Positions 8,729 through 18,814 are shown, numbered from the stretch's first letter. The stretch: 60,339 nucleotides of DNA from Candidatus Moraniibacteriota bacterium (GCA_038208355.1 JBBQYU010000001.1:1-60339); one strand, 5' to 3'. Numbers and translations are program-made. Notes: a model not told the origin generated them from the sequence alone.

Positions 8729-9565
8729 TTACCCTATTTTAGCATAATTTTTTCTGTGCAGCCAGAAAAATAGGCCTGCCCCGACAAACAACATAACAAG
8801 CGACAATACCTGTCCGCGCGTCAGCGAGTAAAAAAGACCGACGCCGCTATCCGGCTCACGCACGTATTCCAGAAAGAAACGAATAACAGCATAACTGATG
8901 ACAAAAAGACTGGTCAGTATCCCTGGAACGCGCACGCGAGCACGAGCAGTCCATAAAAGACAGAACAGAACACATCCCTCTAGGGCGGCTTCGTAGAGAC
9001 TGGAAGGATGCCGCAGGAAGCCGATGGGTTCGGCGCCGGGGAAAAACATCCCCCACGGCCGGCCGGTCAGACGCCCATACAGCTCCAGATTGAAAAAGTT
9101 CCCCAGTCGCCCAAAGAAAAGACCAATGGGTGCCGCCAGAACCCACAAATCGGCTACCTGCCAAAAAGAAAGCTCTCTTTTCTTGGTAAACCAAAAAAGG
9201 ACCGCTACCACACCAATAAGACCGCCATGGTAGCTCATCCCAGCAATACCCGTCCACTGCCCATGGGTAAAATCATAAGGGGAAAAAAACTGTAGAGGCT
9301 GCGCCAAAAAGAGGTCCGGAGCATAAAAGAATGCATAGCCGAGCCGCCCGCCAAGAAGTGCTCCAAAAAAAAGCCAGAGAGCCAAATCAACCATGACTTC
9401 AGCCGTCATTCCATCCTGATTTTTTCGAACGAGCAGGAGGACAAAGCCCAGAGCTGCCAAAAATCCCGTCAGAAAAAAAAGAGCATACCAATAGATGGAA
9501 AAAAATCCGACCGTAAAAGCGATCGGATGAAGCGTCAGAGGGATGTGCTGCCACCAGTCTTGCAT
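8729..9565 (-). CDS. lgt: prolipoprotein diacylglyceryl transferase
   Basis: GMSYHGGLIG, GRLGNFFNLELYGR and HPSSLYEA are canonical Lgt motifs. Confidence 0.9.
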   Translation of the reverse strand: MQDWWQHIPLTLHPIAFTVGFFSIYWYALFFLTGFLAALGFVLLLVRKNQDGMTAEVMVDLALWLFFGALLGGRLGYAFFYAPDLFLAQPLQFFSPYDFTHGQWTGIAGMSYHGGLIGVVAVLFWFTKKRELSFWQVADLWVLAAPIGLFFGRLGNFFNLELYGRLTGRPWGMFFPGAEPIGFLRHPSSLYEAALEGCVLFCLLWTARARVRVPGILTSLFVISYAVIRFFLEYVREPDSGVGLFYSLTRGQVLSLVMLFVGAGLFFWLHRKNYAKIG

Positions 9566-9567
9566 AA

Positions 9568-10626
9568 CTACTCGTTATATTCCTTCAACTGATCATGGAA
9601 CTCGATACTGTAGATTTCTCCCAGGGCCATAAAGAGTGAGACGATAATCGGACCAATAATGAAACCAAATAAACCGAAAAGGGAAATCCCTCCTAAAGTG
9701 GCGAATAAAATAAGCAGCGGGTGCATCTGGGTATCTTTCCCCACCAGCTTCGGTCGTAAAACGTTATCAATCACAGAAATGATGCCGAATCCCACCGCCA
9801 AGATAAACACCCCCTGCCAAATTTGTCCCAGAAAGAACATCACTATAGCCACCGGCACCCAGATAAGAGCCGACCCAAACATCGGGATAATCGACAAAAG
9901 TACCATCACCAATCCCCAGATAGCCGGCGATGGCACCCCGGTAATCCAAAACATCACTCCGCCCAAAAACCCCTGGATAGCCCCCACGACGATAGTCCCC
10001 TTGAGGGTAGCCCGACTGATAGAGATGAATTTTTCCACCAGTAACCGGTCATGTGAATCACGAAGTGGACTCAGACGCGTCAAAGCGCGCAAGATAACCT
10101 TGCCATCAATCAGAAAATAAAAGAGAGCAAAGAACATGACGAAAACCCAGAAAATAAACTGAGTAATTCCCTGATAGGCTGTCTCGAGCAACCCCAGCGC
10201 ATTCTGGCTCAGTTGCTTGATATCATTTAAAATCTGATCCTGGCTAAAGGTATCCTGACTGAACAAAACGTTAGCGTACGGCAAGTGCTGTATGGTGGCC
10301 AGGATCCGCTCGATAGAGTTCTGCAAGACCGATTCCTGAGTGAGAGAATTGTATAAGCTGTTAGCTTCTCCAATGGCCAGACCCAACACCAGAAACAACG
10401 GGGTCACGATAATGACGATTACGAGGAGACAAGTAAGAAACGCACTGGTCCCCCGAGCTCCCCGCAGCCATTTTTCCAGAGCATGGTACGGCCGCTTGAA
10501 AAGAGTGGCCAAAATAGCCGCTGCCACTATGGCCGTGAGAAAGGGCTGGAAGATAAAAAAGACTACCGCACCCACCGCCAGCAACAAGAAAAAAAAGAAA
10601 GAGACATTGAGTGATCGCAATTCCAT
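9568..10626 (-). CDS. AI-2E family transporter (PerM/UPF0118)
   Basis: 8 TM. ATLKGTIVVGAIQGFLGGVMFWITGVPSPAIWGLVMVLLSIIPMFGSALIWVP is the family core. Confidence 0.8.
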   Translation of the reverse strand: MELRSLNVSFFFFLLLAVGAVVFFIFQPFLTAIVAAAILATLFKRPYHALEKWLRGARGTSAFLTCLLVIVIIVTPLFLVLGLAIGEANSLYNSLTQESVLQNSIERILATIQHLPYANVLFSQDTFSQDQILNDIKQLSQNALGLLETAYQGITQFIFWVFVMFFALFYFLIDGKVILRALTRLSPLRDSHDRLLVEKFISISRATLKGTIVVGAIQGFLGGVMFWITGVPSPAIWGLVMVLLSIIPMFGSALIWVPVAIVMFFLGQIWQGVFILAVGFGIISVIDNVLRPKLVGKDTQMHPLLILFATLGGISLFGLFGFIIGPIIVSLFMALGEIYSIEFHDQLKEYNE

Positions 10627-10637
10627 AACTCTGAAAC

Positions 10638-11648
10638 TTATAGCTTATAAAAACCTCTCTCCTTATTATACTCTGTCAGTGCTTTTTTCGAAAATACCGC
10701 AAAAGACGGCTCCCCCAGAAGAATCTGCGCATTGACCAGCAGTACCGGATTTTTTTCGATATGTATCTTGTTATGCGGCGGACGGACCGAAAGCGTCAAC
10801 CCGTAACGCTCCAAAAAATACTGCTTGATGCCCGCACGCGTAGTATACCCGGCAGGAAGAATAAAAGGTTGGAAACGTGTCTTCAGGCTCGAATAGTATT
10901 TCTGGTGCCGCTCATGAAGAAATACATACACCTCTGCCTCTTGCCATTGCCCGACCACCGCGCGCCCACTCACTTGTTTCTTCCCAACCCCTTCCTGCCG
11001 TCCCTCTTCTTTATAATACCGGCACTGTTTTCGGAGTGAACAGGCCTCACACTTCGGCCGCGCTCCACACAAGGCGCTGCCCAAATCCATCAAAGCGGCA
11101 TTGAGAATCTTTTTTTCTGTATGAAAAACTTCCTCCCATTCCCGTTCATCCGTAATCAGGTGTTTCCCTCCCAAAAAGAATCTGCCGATCACTCGCTTCA
11201 GATTGGTGTCCCAGGCCAGATGGTTATCGCCATACGCGAAGCTCATGATAGCCGCCGCCGTGTAGGGTCCGATACCCGGCAGTGTCTGCAGTAACTTTTT
11301 ATCACGAGGAAAGGTTCCACCGTATGTGGCAACCACACTACGAGCGGTAAGAAGCATGTTGCGTCCGCGCGTGTAGTAGCCCAGACCCTCATAATAGGGT
11401 AAGAATTCTTCCCATGAGACTTGGGCCAGTACCTCCACCGTCGGAAAACGCTGAAGAAATCGGTTATAATAGGTAATCACTCGCGCTACCTGAGTCTGCT
11501 GGAGCATGATTTCCGACACCCACACCTCGTAGGCAGTGATTCTTTTTTTGCGCCACGGCAGATGTTCACGCCCCGCTTTGATAAAAAAATCCAAAAGCGT
11601 CCGTTCAAAAAATTCAATTTTCTTTTTCTGAAAATTCATACGTATCAT
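10638..11648 (-). CDS. mutY: A/G-specific adenine DNA glycosylase
   Basis: YEVWVSEIMLQQTQV, HhH-GPD LPGIGPYTAAAIMSFAY, 4Fe-4S loop C..C..C..C, NUDIX-like C-terminus. Start set at the ATGA overlap with the mnmA stop (11645-11648). The ORF is open to 11765. Confidence 0.85.
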   Translation of the reverse strand: MIRMNFQKKKIEFFERTLLDFFIKAGREHLPWRKKRITAYEVWVSEIMLQQTQVARVITYYNRFLQRFPTVEVLAQVSWEEFLPYYEGLGYYTRGRNMLLTARSVVATYGGTFPRDKKLLQTLPGIGPYTAAAIMSFAYGDNHLAWDTNLKRVIGRFFLGGKHLITDEREWEEVFHTEKKILNAALMDLGSALCGARPKCEACSLRKQCRYYKEEGRQEGVGKKQVSGRAVVGQWQEAEVYVFLHERHQKYYSSLKTRFQPFILPAGYTTRAGIKQYFLERYGLTLSVRPPHNKIHIEKNPVLLVNAQILLGEPSFAVFSKKALTEYNKERGFYKL

Positions 11649-12700
11649 TGAATGACACCACCGCCCAAACAGACATTGCCATCGTAAAACACAGCAAACT
11701 GACCGCAGGCTAGCCCTAGATCTTTTTCTTTTAAGGTCACGCTTACTTGCTTCTCTTTCAAACACTCTATGGTAGCCGAGTACATTTTAGCGCCATGACG
11801 AATTTTTACCAAACACTCTTTTTTATCCGGCGCCACGCCTGCAATCCAGCTGACCGCACCAACGGTAAAAGCGTCTCTGGCAAGCAGTTCATGATGCTCT
11901 CCATGAGATATAAATATTTCATTCGTCTCTGTATTTTTTTGCACCACATACCACGGACCACCAGAGAGCTTGATTCCTCGCCGCTGTCCAACCGTAAAAT
12001 ACCAAAAGCCGCCATGCTCTCCAAGCACATCGCCAGTTTCGTACTCCACCAGTTTTCCAGAACGTTTCCCCAGATGATATTCCAAAAACTTATCGAAGGG
12101 AATTTTTCCCAAAAAACAAATACCTTGGCTATCTTTGCGCTTAGCATTGGGCAGATGATATTTTTCTGCTAACTGGCGTACCGCGCTTTTTTCCAGTTGA
12201 CCGATAGGAAACAATGCCTTACTCACCTGTTCCTGAGACAGCTGCGAAAGAAAATAGGTCTGGTCTTTGATGGCATCCGGCGACATCAAAAGGAGTGTCT
12301 GCTCGCCAACGGTTTCAGTCCAGGCATAATGCCCGGTAGCAATCTTCTCGAAACCTTTATCGGCAATGTACTCATAAAAAGCTCCAAATTTAATCCGGGC
12401 ATTACACAACATATCAGGATTAGGCGTGCGCCCCTCCTTCACTTCATTAACGGCATAGGCCACCACCCGTTCCCAGTATTCTTTTTGAAAGGGCACTACT
12501 TCAAGTGGCACATCAGCTTGTTTACATACTGCTCGTACGTACGCCAAATCATCTTCCCATGGACATTCGCCCAAAAATGAAAGCTCATCTTCCAACCAAA
12601 TCTTGAGATAAAAAGCCGTCAACTCATGGCCCTCGTCCTTCAGGAGCCGCAAAGCCACCGAACTATCCACCCCACCTGATACCAACACCGCTATTTTCAT
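11645..12700 (-). CDS. mnmA: tRNA-specific 2-thiouridylase
   Basis: MKIAVLVSGGVDSSVA PP-loop, and ATGHYA. Confidence 0.92.
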   Translation of the reverse strand: MKIAVLVSGGVDSSVALRLLKDEGHELTAFYLKIWLEDELSFLGECPWEDDLAYVRAVCKQADVPLEVVPFQKEYWERVVAYAVNEVKEGRTPNPDMLCNARIKFGAFYEYIADKGFEKIATGHYAWTETVGEQTLLLMSPDAIKDQTYFLSQLSQEQVSKALFPIGQLEKSAVRQLAEKYHLPNAKRKDSQGICFLGKIPFDKFLEYHLGKRSGKLVEYETGDVLGEHGGFWYFTVGQRRGIKLSGGPWYVVQKNTETNEIFISHGEHHELLARDAFTVGAVSWIAGVAPDKKECLVKIRHGAKMYSATIECLKEKQVSVTLKEKDLGLACGQFAVFYDGNVCLGGGVIQ

Positions 12701-13704
12701 ACCTGAGGCGTTACAAATTCACAAGCAATATCTACATGTTCCATCAAAAATTTTTGAATCACGATTTCTACCTCTCTCGCGCTGTGACAAGCCATCAGCT
12801 CTATCCGTAATTCTTTAGCTCGAGGGAAATGGTTGATATAGGCCTGATAGTGCTTTTTCATTAATTCAAAGCTCTTAGTCTCACCCCATACTTCTTCAAA
12901 TAATTTCGTATGCTCAAGCGCAGCCAATACTCTTTCGCGCACCGTCACCCGCTTCTCCTTATCAAACAACCACGGATTACCAAAGATGGCCCGACCCAAC
13001 ATCACACCATCCACCCCTGTTTGCTTCACTTTTTCTTCCGCATCTACTATATCCTTTACATCCCCATTGCCGAGAATAAGTGTTCCGTTCCCTTCGGCAA
13101 TTTCCACAGCCCGCTTGATACGTTCCCACCGGGCCGGTACTTTGGACATTTCTTTTTTTGTTCTCCCATGTACTGTGATAACGGCCGGTCGAGCCATAAG
13201 CAGCGCCGGTAACCACGTTTCCAAATCATCTTCATTGAATCCTAACCGCGTCTTCACAGAAATAGGCAATTCCTTACCAAAAGCTTTTGTACCTTCCCGA
13301 GCGGCCACAATCAACTCTTGAGCCAGCTTGGGGTTTCTCATACACATCGCTCCTGCTCCCTGCTTCATGACGTTCTTATCGGGACAGCCCATGTTAATAT
13401 CGATGCCATCGAAACCAAGTTCCGCACACAGCTTGGCCGCCTCAAACATATTATCCGGATGAGCGGTGAATAACTGCGCCACAATTGGCCGCTCAGCTTC
13501 TGTATAGGCCAAATCCCGTATCAGGGCCGCTCGGCCCTTGGGGTGACACAGTCCATCTGCCGAAACGAATTCCGTCCAAAAAACAGCCGGCTTACTATAA
13601 CGCACAATGTGGCGCCGGAAAACAGCGTCCGTCACATTGGCCAGCGGTGCCAATACAAAAATCGGCCGTGCTAATTGTTCCCAAAATCCTAAGTATGGTT
13701 TCAT
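12697..13704 (-). CDS. tRNA-dihydrouridine synthase
   Basis: LAPLANVTDAVFRR, GIDINMGCP. ATG 13704 is preceded by an AAGGAG SD. The ORF is open to 13767. Confidence 0.85.
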   Translation of the reverse strand: MKPYLGFWEQLARPIFVLAPLANVTDAVFRRHIVRYSKPAVFWTEFVSADGLCHPKGRAALIRDLAYTEAERPIVAQLFTAHPDNMFEAAKLCAELGFDGIDINMGCPDKNVMKQGAGAMCMRNPKLAQELIVAAREGTKAFGKELPISVKTRLGFNEDDLETWLPALLMARPAVITVHGRTKKEMSKVPARWERIKRAVEIAEGNGTLILGNGDVKDIVDAEEKVKQTGVDGVMLGRAIFGNPWLFDKEKRVTVRERVLAALEHTKLFEEVWGETKSFELMKKHYQAYINHFPRAKELRIELMACHSAREVEIVIQKFLMEHVDIACEFVTPQV

Positions 13705-13775
13705 ACGCTCCTTTAGTATAGCTGAAACAGTGTACCTGGTCTGCCCAAAAAAAGAAACCCCCACCATGGATACTC

Positions 13776-13804
13776 TTGACTTTTCGGCTCATGTTCTGTA
13801 ATAT
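13776..13804 (+). promoter_or_regulatory. sigma70-type promoter of the Rrf2-suf operon
   Basis: TTGACT (13776-81), 17-nt spacer, TG-T-AATAT/TAATAT (13799-804), 23 nt before the ATG. Confidence 0.6.
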
Positions 13805-13822
13805 CAGACTTAATTAGTCTGA
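13804..13822. promoter_or_regulatory. 19-bp palindrome, candidate Rrf2 operator
   Basis: TCAGACT-TAATT-AGTCTGA. Overlaps the end of the -10 element and lies 5 nt before the ATG at 13827. Confidence 0.5.
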
Positions 13823-13826
13823 ATTT

Positions 13827-14231
13827 ATGAAAATCTCAAAAAAAGCTTACTATGGCCTCCGAGCGGTGCTAGCACTGGCTCAGACAAGCCAACCACTCTC
13901 CATCCACGCTCTCGCAGAAGCCGAGCACCTGCCTGAAGAATACCTGGAAAAAATTCTCCAGCACTTGCGGCGCGTCGGTATCGTGGAAGCTAAAAAAGGA
14001 ACAGCTGGCGGTTATTCTCTGGCTCAGCCGAAAGAAACCCTCAGTGTTTGGACCATTCTGCGCGAACTGGACGGCCCCATCAAGATGTTTCTCCCGCCGG
14101 CCAAAGGAACCCTCCCCTGTCTCCAGGTCAGCCACTGCCAGAGTAACCAGGTCTGGCGTACCCTCGAGACAGAAATAGAAAAAACTCTCTCGGCCATTAC
14201 TCTCGCAACCATTCTTAAGACGCACAAATAA
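13827..14231 (+). CDS. Rrf2-family transcriptional regulator (IscR/SufR-like role)
   Basis: MKISKKAYYGLRAVLALA... wHTH, and C-terminal Cys residues (C..C). Confidence 0.85.
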   Translation: MKISKKAYYGLRAVLALAQTSQPLSIHALAEAEHLPEEYLEKILQHLRRVGIVEAKKGTAGGYSLAQPKETLSVWTILRELDGPIKMFLPPAKGTLPCLQVSHCQSNQVWRTLETEIEKTLSAITLATILKTHK

Positions 14232-14239
14232 TAGTCCCT

Positions 14240-14959
14240 ATGCTTACCCTCCAAAACCTTTCTGTTTCTATAGCAGACAAAAAGATTCTCAATGACATCT
14301 CATTTACTTTTCGACCGGGGCGCACCTATGCCCTCATGGGTCCCAACGGCTCGGGGAAATCAACTCTGGCCGGCGCCATCATGGGACACCCGGACATGAC
14401 TTTTTCTCGCACTTCAAAAATTCTTCTCAATAACAAAAATATTAAGAATCTTTCGCCGGACAAACGTGCTCGCTTGGGTATTTTTCTTTCTTTTCAAACC
14501 CCGCTCACCCTCCCTGGTGTAACTGTCTTTGAGCTCTTGCGGCTGGCCCTGGAAAAAATGCTGGACCCAGTCACTCTTCACGGACGAATCAAGACCCTGG
14601 CAGCAGAACTCCATATCAAAGATGAGCTCCTCAAGCGCTCCCTCAATGACGGGTTCTCGGGTGGAGAAAAGAAAAAACTAGAAGCCCTTCAGGCGGTACT
14701 GCTTGCTCCCCGCTTCGCCCTCTTCGATGAAGTCGATACCGGTGTAGATGTGGATGCCTTAAAAACCATCGCTCACTTTCTGAAAAAACATTTACCCAAA
14801 GAAACTACTCTAGTATTTATCACTCACTCGACCCGCCTCCTAGGGTTCATCAAACCCCAAGAAGTACTGGTCATCAAAAATGGCCGGCTGGTCAAAACCG
14901 GAACGGCCGCCCTAGCCAAAAAGATTGAGGCCAAAGGGTTCGAGAGTATCAAGGAATGA
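14240..14959 (+). CDS. sufC: Fe-S assembly ATPase SufC
   Basis: Walker A GPNGSGKST, signature FSGGEKKK, first position of the suf order. Confidence 0.9.
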   Translation: MLTLQNLSVSIADKKILNDISFTFRPGRTYALMGPNGSGKSTLAGAIMGHPDMTFSRTSKILLNNKNIKNLSPDKRARLGIFLSFQTPLTLPGVTVFELLRLALEKMLDPVTLHGRIKTLAAELHIKDELLKRSLNDGFSGGEKKKLEALQAVLLAPRFALFDEVDTGVDVDALKTIAHFLKKHLPKETTLVFITHSTRLLGFIKPQEVLVIKNGRLVKTGTAALAKKIEAKGFESIKE

Positions 14960-14989
14960 TGTGGAGATATCCCCAACTTACTTACCCTC

Positions 14990-16393
14990 ATGACTACCAA
15001 GAAGAAAAAATTAGACTTCGGTGACTATCAGTACGGCTTTTCTATGCCGGAACATTCGGTACACAAAACAGCGGCTGGACTTTCCCGAAGCGTCGTGGCA
15101 GAGATTTCCCAGGTCAAACAGGAACTCCCCTGGATGCGCGATTTTCGTTTGCGCGCCTTCGATATTTTTGAGAAAAAACCCATGCCTGCCTTCGGAGCCG
15201 ATCTCTCAGGCATCAATTTTGATGACATTACCTACTATCTCAAAGCCACCAATACTCAGTCACAAACCTGGGAAGACCTCCCCAAAGAAATCAAGGAAAC
15301 CTACGACCGCATCGGTGTTCCGGAAGCAGAGAAGAAATTCCTGGCTGGTGTCTCGGCTCAATACGAATCCGAAGTCGTCTATGAAAGCGTCAACCGTGAG
15401 CTCGACAAACTGGGAGTCATTTTCTGTGATATGGACACGGCGGTCAAAAAATATCCCGAACTGGTCAAAGAATATTTCGGCAAACTCATTCCACCCCAAG
15501 ACAACAAATTCGCCGCCCTCAACTCGGCGGTCTGGTCAGGTGGCTCCTTTGTCTACATTCCCAAAGGAGTACAGGTCACACTCCCTCTCCAAGCCTATTT
15601 CCGCATCAACTCAGAATCCTTCGGCCAATTCGAGCGTACCCTCATCATCGCCGAAGAAGGTAGCTCGGTGCACTACAGCGAGGGCTGTACCGCTCCCGTC
15701 TACCGCCGCGCCTCGCTCCATTCGGCCGTGGTAGAAATTTTCGTCAAAAAAAATGCCCACGTCCGTTACACGACAGTACAAAACTGGAGCAAAAATATCT
15801 ACAATCTGGTCACCAAACGCGCCCGAGCAGAAGAAAATGCCGTCATGGAATGGATCGACTGCAATTTAGGGAGTCACGTCACCATGAAATACCCGGCGGT
15901 CTATCTGGCCGGACGAGGTGCCCGCGGAGAAGTCCTCTCTATTGCCTACGCAGGCAAAGGCCAGCATCAGGATGCTGGGGCCAAAATGGTGCACCTGGCG
16001 CCCGATACCACCTCCCGAGTGGTTTCCAAGTCCATTTCCAAAGATGGTGGTATCACTTCTTATCGCGGTCTGGTTCATATTGCCAGTGGGGCTAAAAACG
16101 CTAAAGCTTCCGTGGTCTGTGATGCCCTTCTCCTCGACGACCTTTCCCGTTCCGATACCTACCCAACCATGAATATCAAAGAAGAGAGCGCTGAACTCAC
16201 CCACGAAGCTACGGTAGAAAAAATCGGGGAAGAAAAACTATTCTATCTCCAGTCGCGTGGCATCACTAAGGCAGATGCCGAAGGTATGCTGGTCAACGGC
16301 TTCATCGACCCGGTGGCCAAAGAAATCCCCCTGGAATACTCCATCGAACTCGAACGCCTCATCAGTATGGAGATGAAAGGGAGTATAGGCTAA
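14990..16393 (+). CDS. sufB: Fe-S assembly scaffold SufB
   Basis: 467 aa. Typical SufB C-terminal beta-helix (HxxxxTxS.I.SKSI..DGG...YRG). Confidence 0.9.
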   Translation: MTTKKKKLDFGDYQYGFSMPEHSVHKTAAGLSRSVVAEISQVKQELPWMRDFRLRAFDIFEKKPMPAFGADLSGINFDDITYYLKATNTQSQTWEDLPKEIKETYDRIGVPEAEKKFLAGVSAQYESEVVYESVNRELDKLGVIFCDMDTAVKKYPELVKEYFGKLIPPQDNKFAALNSAVWSGGSFVYIPKGVQVTLPLQAYFRINSESFGQFERTLIIAEEGSSVHYSEGCTAPVYRRASLHSAVVEIFVKKNAHVRYTTVQNWSKNIYNLVTKRARAEENAVMEWIDCNLGSHVTMKYPAVYLAGRGARGEVLSIAYAGKGQHQDAGAKMVHLAPDTTSRVVSKSISKDGGITSYRGLVHIASGAKNAKASVVCDALLLDDLSRSDTYPTMNIKEESAELTHEATVEKIGEEKLFYLQSRGITKADAEGMLVNGFIDPVAKEIPLEYSIELERLISMEMKGSIG

Positions 16394-16436
16394 AAACAAT
16401 TTCTTAATTCTAAAATTCCATCATTGAAAATTACTT

Positions 16437-17033
16437 ATGCAGTTTAAAGATATATCAACTGATCAGAAAACTCTTTACCGGCTCAAGGAAAATGAGCAAC
16501 GTGTGTTTTTTATGCTTAATCGTGGCGGAGAAATTACCTTTGAACTAGTCGGAGCCGGAGCCGAGGCTCATATCTTTTCTTTTTTCATCGGCAAAAATAC
16601 CCAGACCGAGAAACTCATTGTCCTCCAAAAACACCTTGCTCCCAACACCGTCTCTTCAGCACTCATAAAAAATGTTTTGTTTGACACTTCAGCGTTTACT
16701 TATGAGGGACTCATCCATATCGCCCAGAGTGGGAAAGGAAGCGATGCTTCCCAGGAATGTCGTACCCTCCTCCTTTCTCCCCGCGCCCAAATGTTTACCA
16801 AACCGGCCCTCGAAATCCTCGCTGATGATGTGAAGTGTCGCCATGCGGCCGCTGTTAGCCCCATAAACCAAGAAGCCCTCTTCTTCGCTATGGCTCGTGG
16901 GCTTTCTGCCTCCCAAGCACAAGAGCTCATCATAAGCGGTTTTCTCCGCTCGGCTCTTGAAGCGCTTAACATACTCGTTCCTTCTCAGGACCGGGGAAAA
17001 ATGTTAGCCTTGCTTCTGAAAGCCGCTCTCTAA
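16437..17033 (+). CDS. sufD: truncated SufD (SufBD-domain only, 198 aa)
   Basis: YEGLIHIAQSGKGSDASQECRTLLLS...ADDVKCRHAAAVSPI matches the SufD beta-helix core. The N-terminal half is missing. Confidence 0.75.
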   Translation: MQFKDISTDQKTLYRLKENEQRVFFMLNRGGEITFELVGAGAEAHIFSFFIGKNTQTEKLIVLQKHLAPNTVSSALIKNVLFDTSAFTYEGLIHIAQSGKGSDASQECRTLLLSPRAQMFTKPALEILADDVKCRHAAAVSPINQEALFFAMARGLSASQAQELIISGFLRSALEALNILVPSQDRGKMLALLLKAAL

Positions 17034-17043
17034 GAGATTTTCT

Positions 17044-18261
17044 ATGGAATCATCTACTCTCAAAAATCACTTCCCCATCTTCGCCCGCCAACCTGAGCTG
17101 GTGTATCTTGATGCGGCCGCTACCGCCCTAAAGCCCGCCCCGGTTATCGCGGCCGAAACAGCGTACTATGAACAATTTTCGGCCAACATCGCCCGTGGTA
17201 TTTATCCTATGGCCGAACAAGCGACCGAAGCTTTTGAAAGAGCACGGGCAAAAATAGCCACTTTCATCGGAGCTACCACCCCAGAAGAAATCATCTTCAC
17301 TTCCGGCACCACTGCCTCGCTCAACCTAGCAGCCGACCTCCTGGCTTCACGTATCAAAAACGCTGACAACATTGTGGTCACTGCTGCTGAGCATCATTCC
17401 AATTTCCTGCCATGGAAAGAGCTGTGTCAAAAGAAAAAGGCTCACTTCCGTATCACCCCCATTACCGCCAAAGGCGAAATTGCATTACCGGCCCTCGAAA
17501 AACTGATTGATCACCACACCAAGATTTTTGCCTGTACCGCTATTTCAAATGTTCTAGGCATCATCAATCCCGTTGCCGATATCATCAAGACCGTGCGCAC
17601 CATCAATCCCGATACCATCATCATCATCGATGCTGCACAGGCTGTTGGGCATATACCCGTCGACGTGTCCGTTTGGGATGCCGACTTGGTGGCCTTTTCC
17701 GGACACAAAGTCTTCGGCCCGACCGGCATCGGCATCCTCTTCGGCAAACAAACGCTTCTCCAAGACCTCTCTCCTGTTTCTTTCGGCGGTGGCATGGTCC
17801 TCGATGCCTGTGCCACAGAAACCCTCTACAAAGAAGCTCCCGCTCGCTTTGAATCAGGCACTCCCAATATCGCCGGCGCTATCGGTCTCGGCGCAGCCAT
17901 CGACTTTATCGACAGTATCGGCATCGAAAAAATCCATGCCCAGGAAAATACCCTTGCCATTTTCGCCTGTCAAAGACTCACCGCTGCTTTCGGAGAGACC
18001 ATTCAGATTATCGGTACGGACCTGCCCGCCACCAAAAGCGGTATCGTGTCCTTCGTCCTCGCCGGAGCCCACCCACATGACGTGGCTTCCCTCTTGGGCG
18101 AAAAAAGTATCTGCGTGCGCGCCGGACTGCAGTGCGCCGCCCCGCTCCATGAAAGCCTCAACCTGGCGGCCACCACTCGCCTCAGTCTCTCCATCTACAA
18201 TACCGAAGAGGATATTGAGAAACTCATCACGGCACTGCAGGAAATTAAAAACATTTTATGA
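17044..18261 (+). CDS. sufS: cysteine desulfurase SufS
   Basis: FSGHKVFGPTGIGIL (PLP Lys), RAGLQCAAP (active-site Cys). Confidence 0.9.
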   Translation: MESSTLKNHFPIFARQPELVYLDAAATALKPAPVIAAETAYYEQFSANIARGIYPMAEQATEAFERARAKIATFIGATTPEEIIFTSGTTASLNLAADLLASRIKNADNIVVTAAEHHSNFLPWKELCQKKKAHFRITPITAKGEIALPALEKLIDHHTKIFACTAISNVLGIINPVADIIKTVRTINPDTIIIIDAAQAVGHIPVDVSVWDADLVAFSGHKVFGPTGIGILFGKQTLLQDLSPVSFGGGMVLDACATETLYKEAPARFESGTPNIAGAIGLGAAIDFIDSIGIEKIHAQENTLAIFACQRLTAAFGETIQIIGTDLPATKSGIVSFVLAGAHPHDVASLLGEKSICVRAGLQCAAPLHESLNLAATTRLSLSIYNTEEDIEKLITALQEIKNIL

Positions 18262-18626
18262 GTAGCATCTACCAGGCCGTCGTCCTCGATCACTACAGGA
18301 ACCCTCGGAACAGCGGACGCCTCGACAAACCAACGCACAGCGCCACCGCACTCAATGCCAGCTGCGGAGATAGACTCCAAATGGACATCACCATCAAAAA
18401 TGATATAATTTCAGAAGTGAAGTTTTCCGGAGTCGGCTGCGCCATTTCACAGGCTTCCGCCTCGCTCCTGACCGAAGCCGTTAAAGGGAAAAAAGTGACC
18501 GAGGCGCTCGCGCTCGAACCGCCCTTTATCCTCGAGCTACTCGGCGTCACTCTGTCTCCCAGTCGAATGAAATGCGGATTACTCTCGCTTGAGACGCTCA
18601 AGAAAACACTCACCACTCAGAAATAG
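18258..18626 (+). CDS. sufU: SufU/IscU-type sulfur-transfer scaffold
   Basis: LDHYRNPRN, NASCGD, GVGCAISQASAS, with a C-terminal Cys. Confidence 0.88.
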   Translation: MSSIYQAVVLDHYRNPRNSGRLDKPTHSATALNASCGDRLQMDITIKNDIISEVKFSGVGCAISQASASLLTEAVKGKKVTEALALEPPFILELLGVTLSPSRMKCGLLSLETLKKTLTTQK

Positions 18627-18814
18627 AAAGAACCTTTTCAAATTTCTATTTTCTTTCTCCGGTTTTCGACGGTCACATCTGTGATGAGTGAGCCGCCAGA
18701 AAAGAGTCTTGGTGTGACGGTTTCGAGCGAGCAAGACTTTTTCTCGGTAGAATGAGTCAGAGATGTTCGTCGAAAAGAAAGGGGAAGAAAACAGAAGATT
18801 TGAAAAGGTTCTTC
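18626..18814 (+). repeat. about 190-nt extended imperfect inverted repeat (long hairpin)
   Basis: Arms pair from outside in: AGAACC/GGTTCT, TTTTCAAAT/ATTTGAAAA (9/9), TTCTATTTTCTT../..AAGAAAACAGAA, TTTTCGACG/CGTCGAAAA (9/9), ACATCT/AGATGT, AGTCTTG/CAAGACT. Apex at about 18710-18730. Confidence 0.7.

Noticed and set aside
15021-15734. 237-aa plus-strand ORF inside sufB
   Set aside because: An alternative frame of a strongly supported gene. Pro/Ser/Arg-rich shadow composition.
17573-18265. 230-aa plus-strand ORF inside sufS
   Set aside because: An off-frame shadow of sufS. Low-complexity Ser/Pro-rich sequence.
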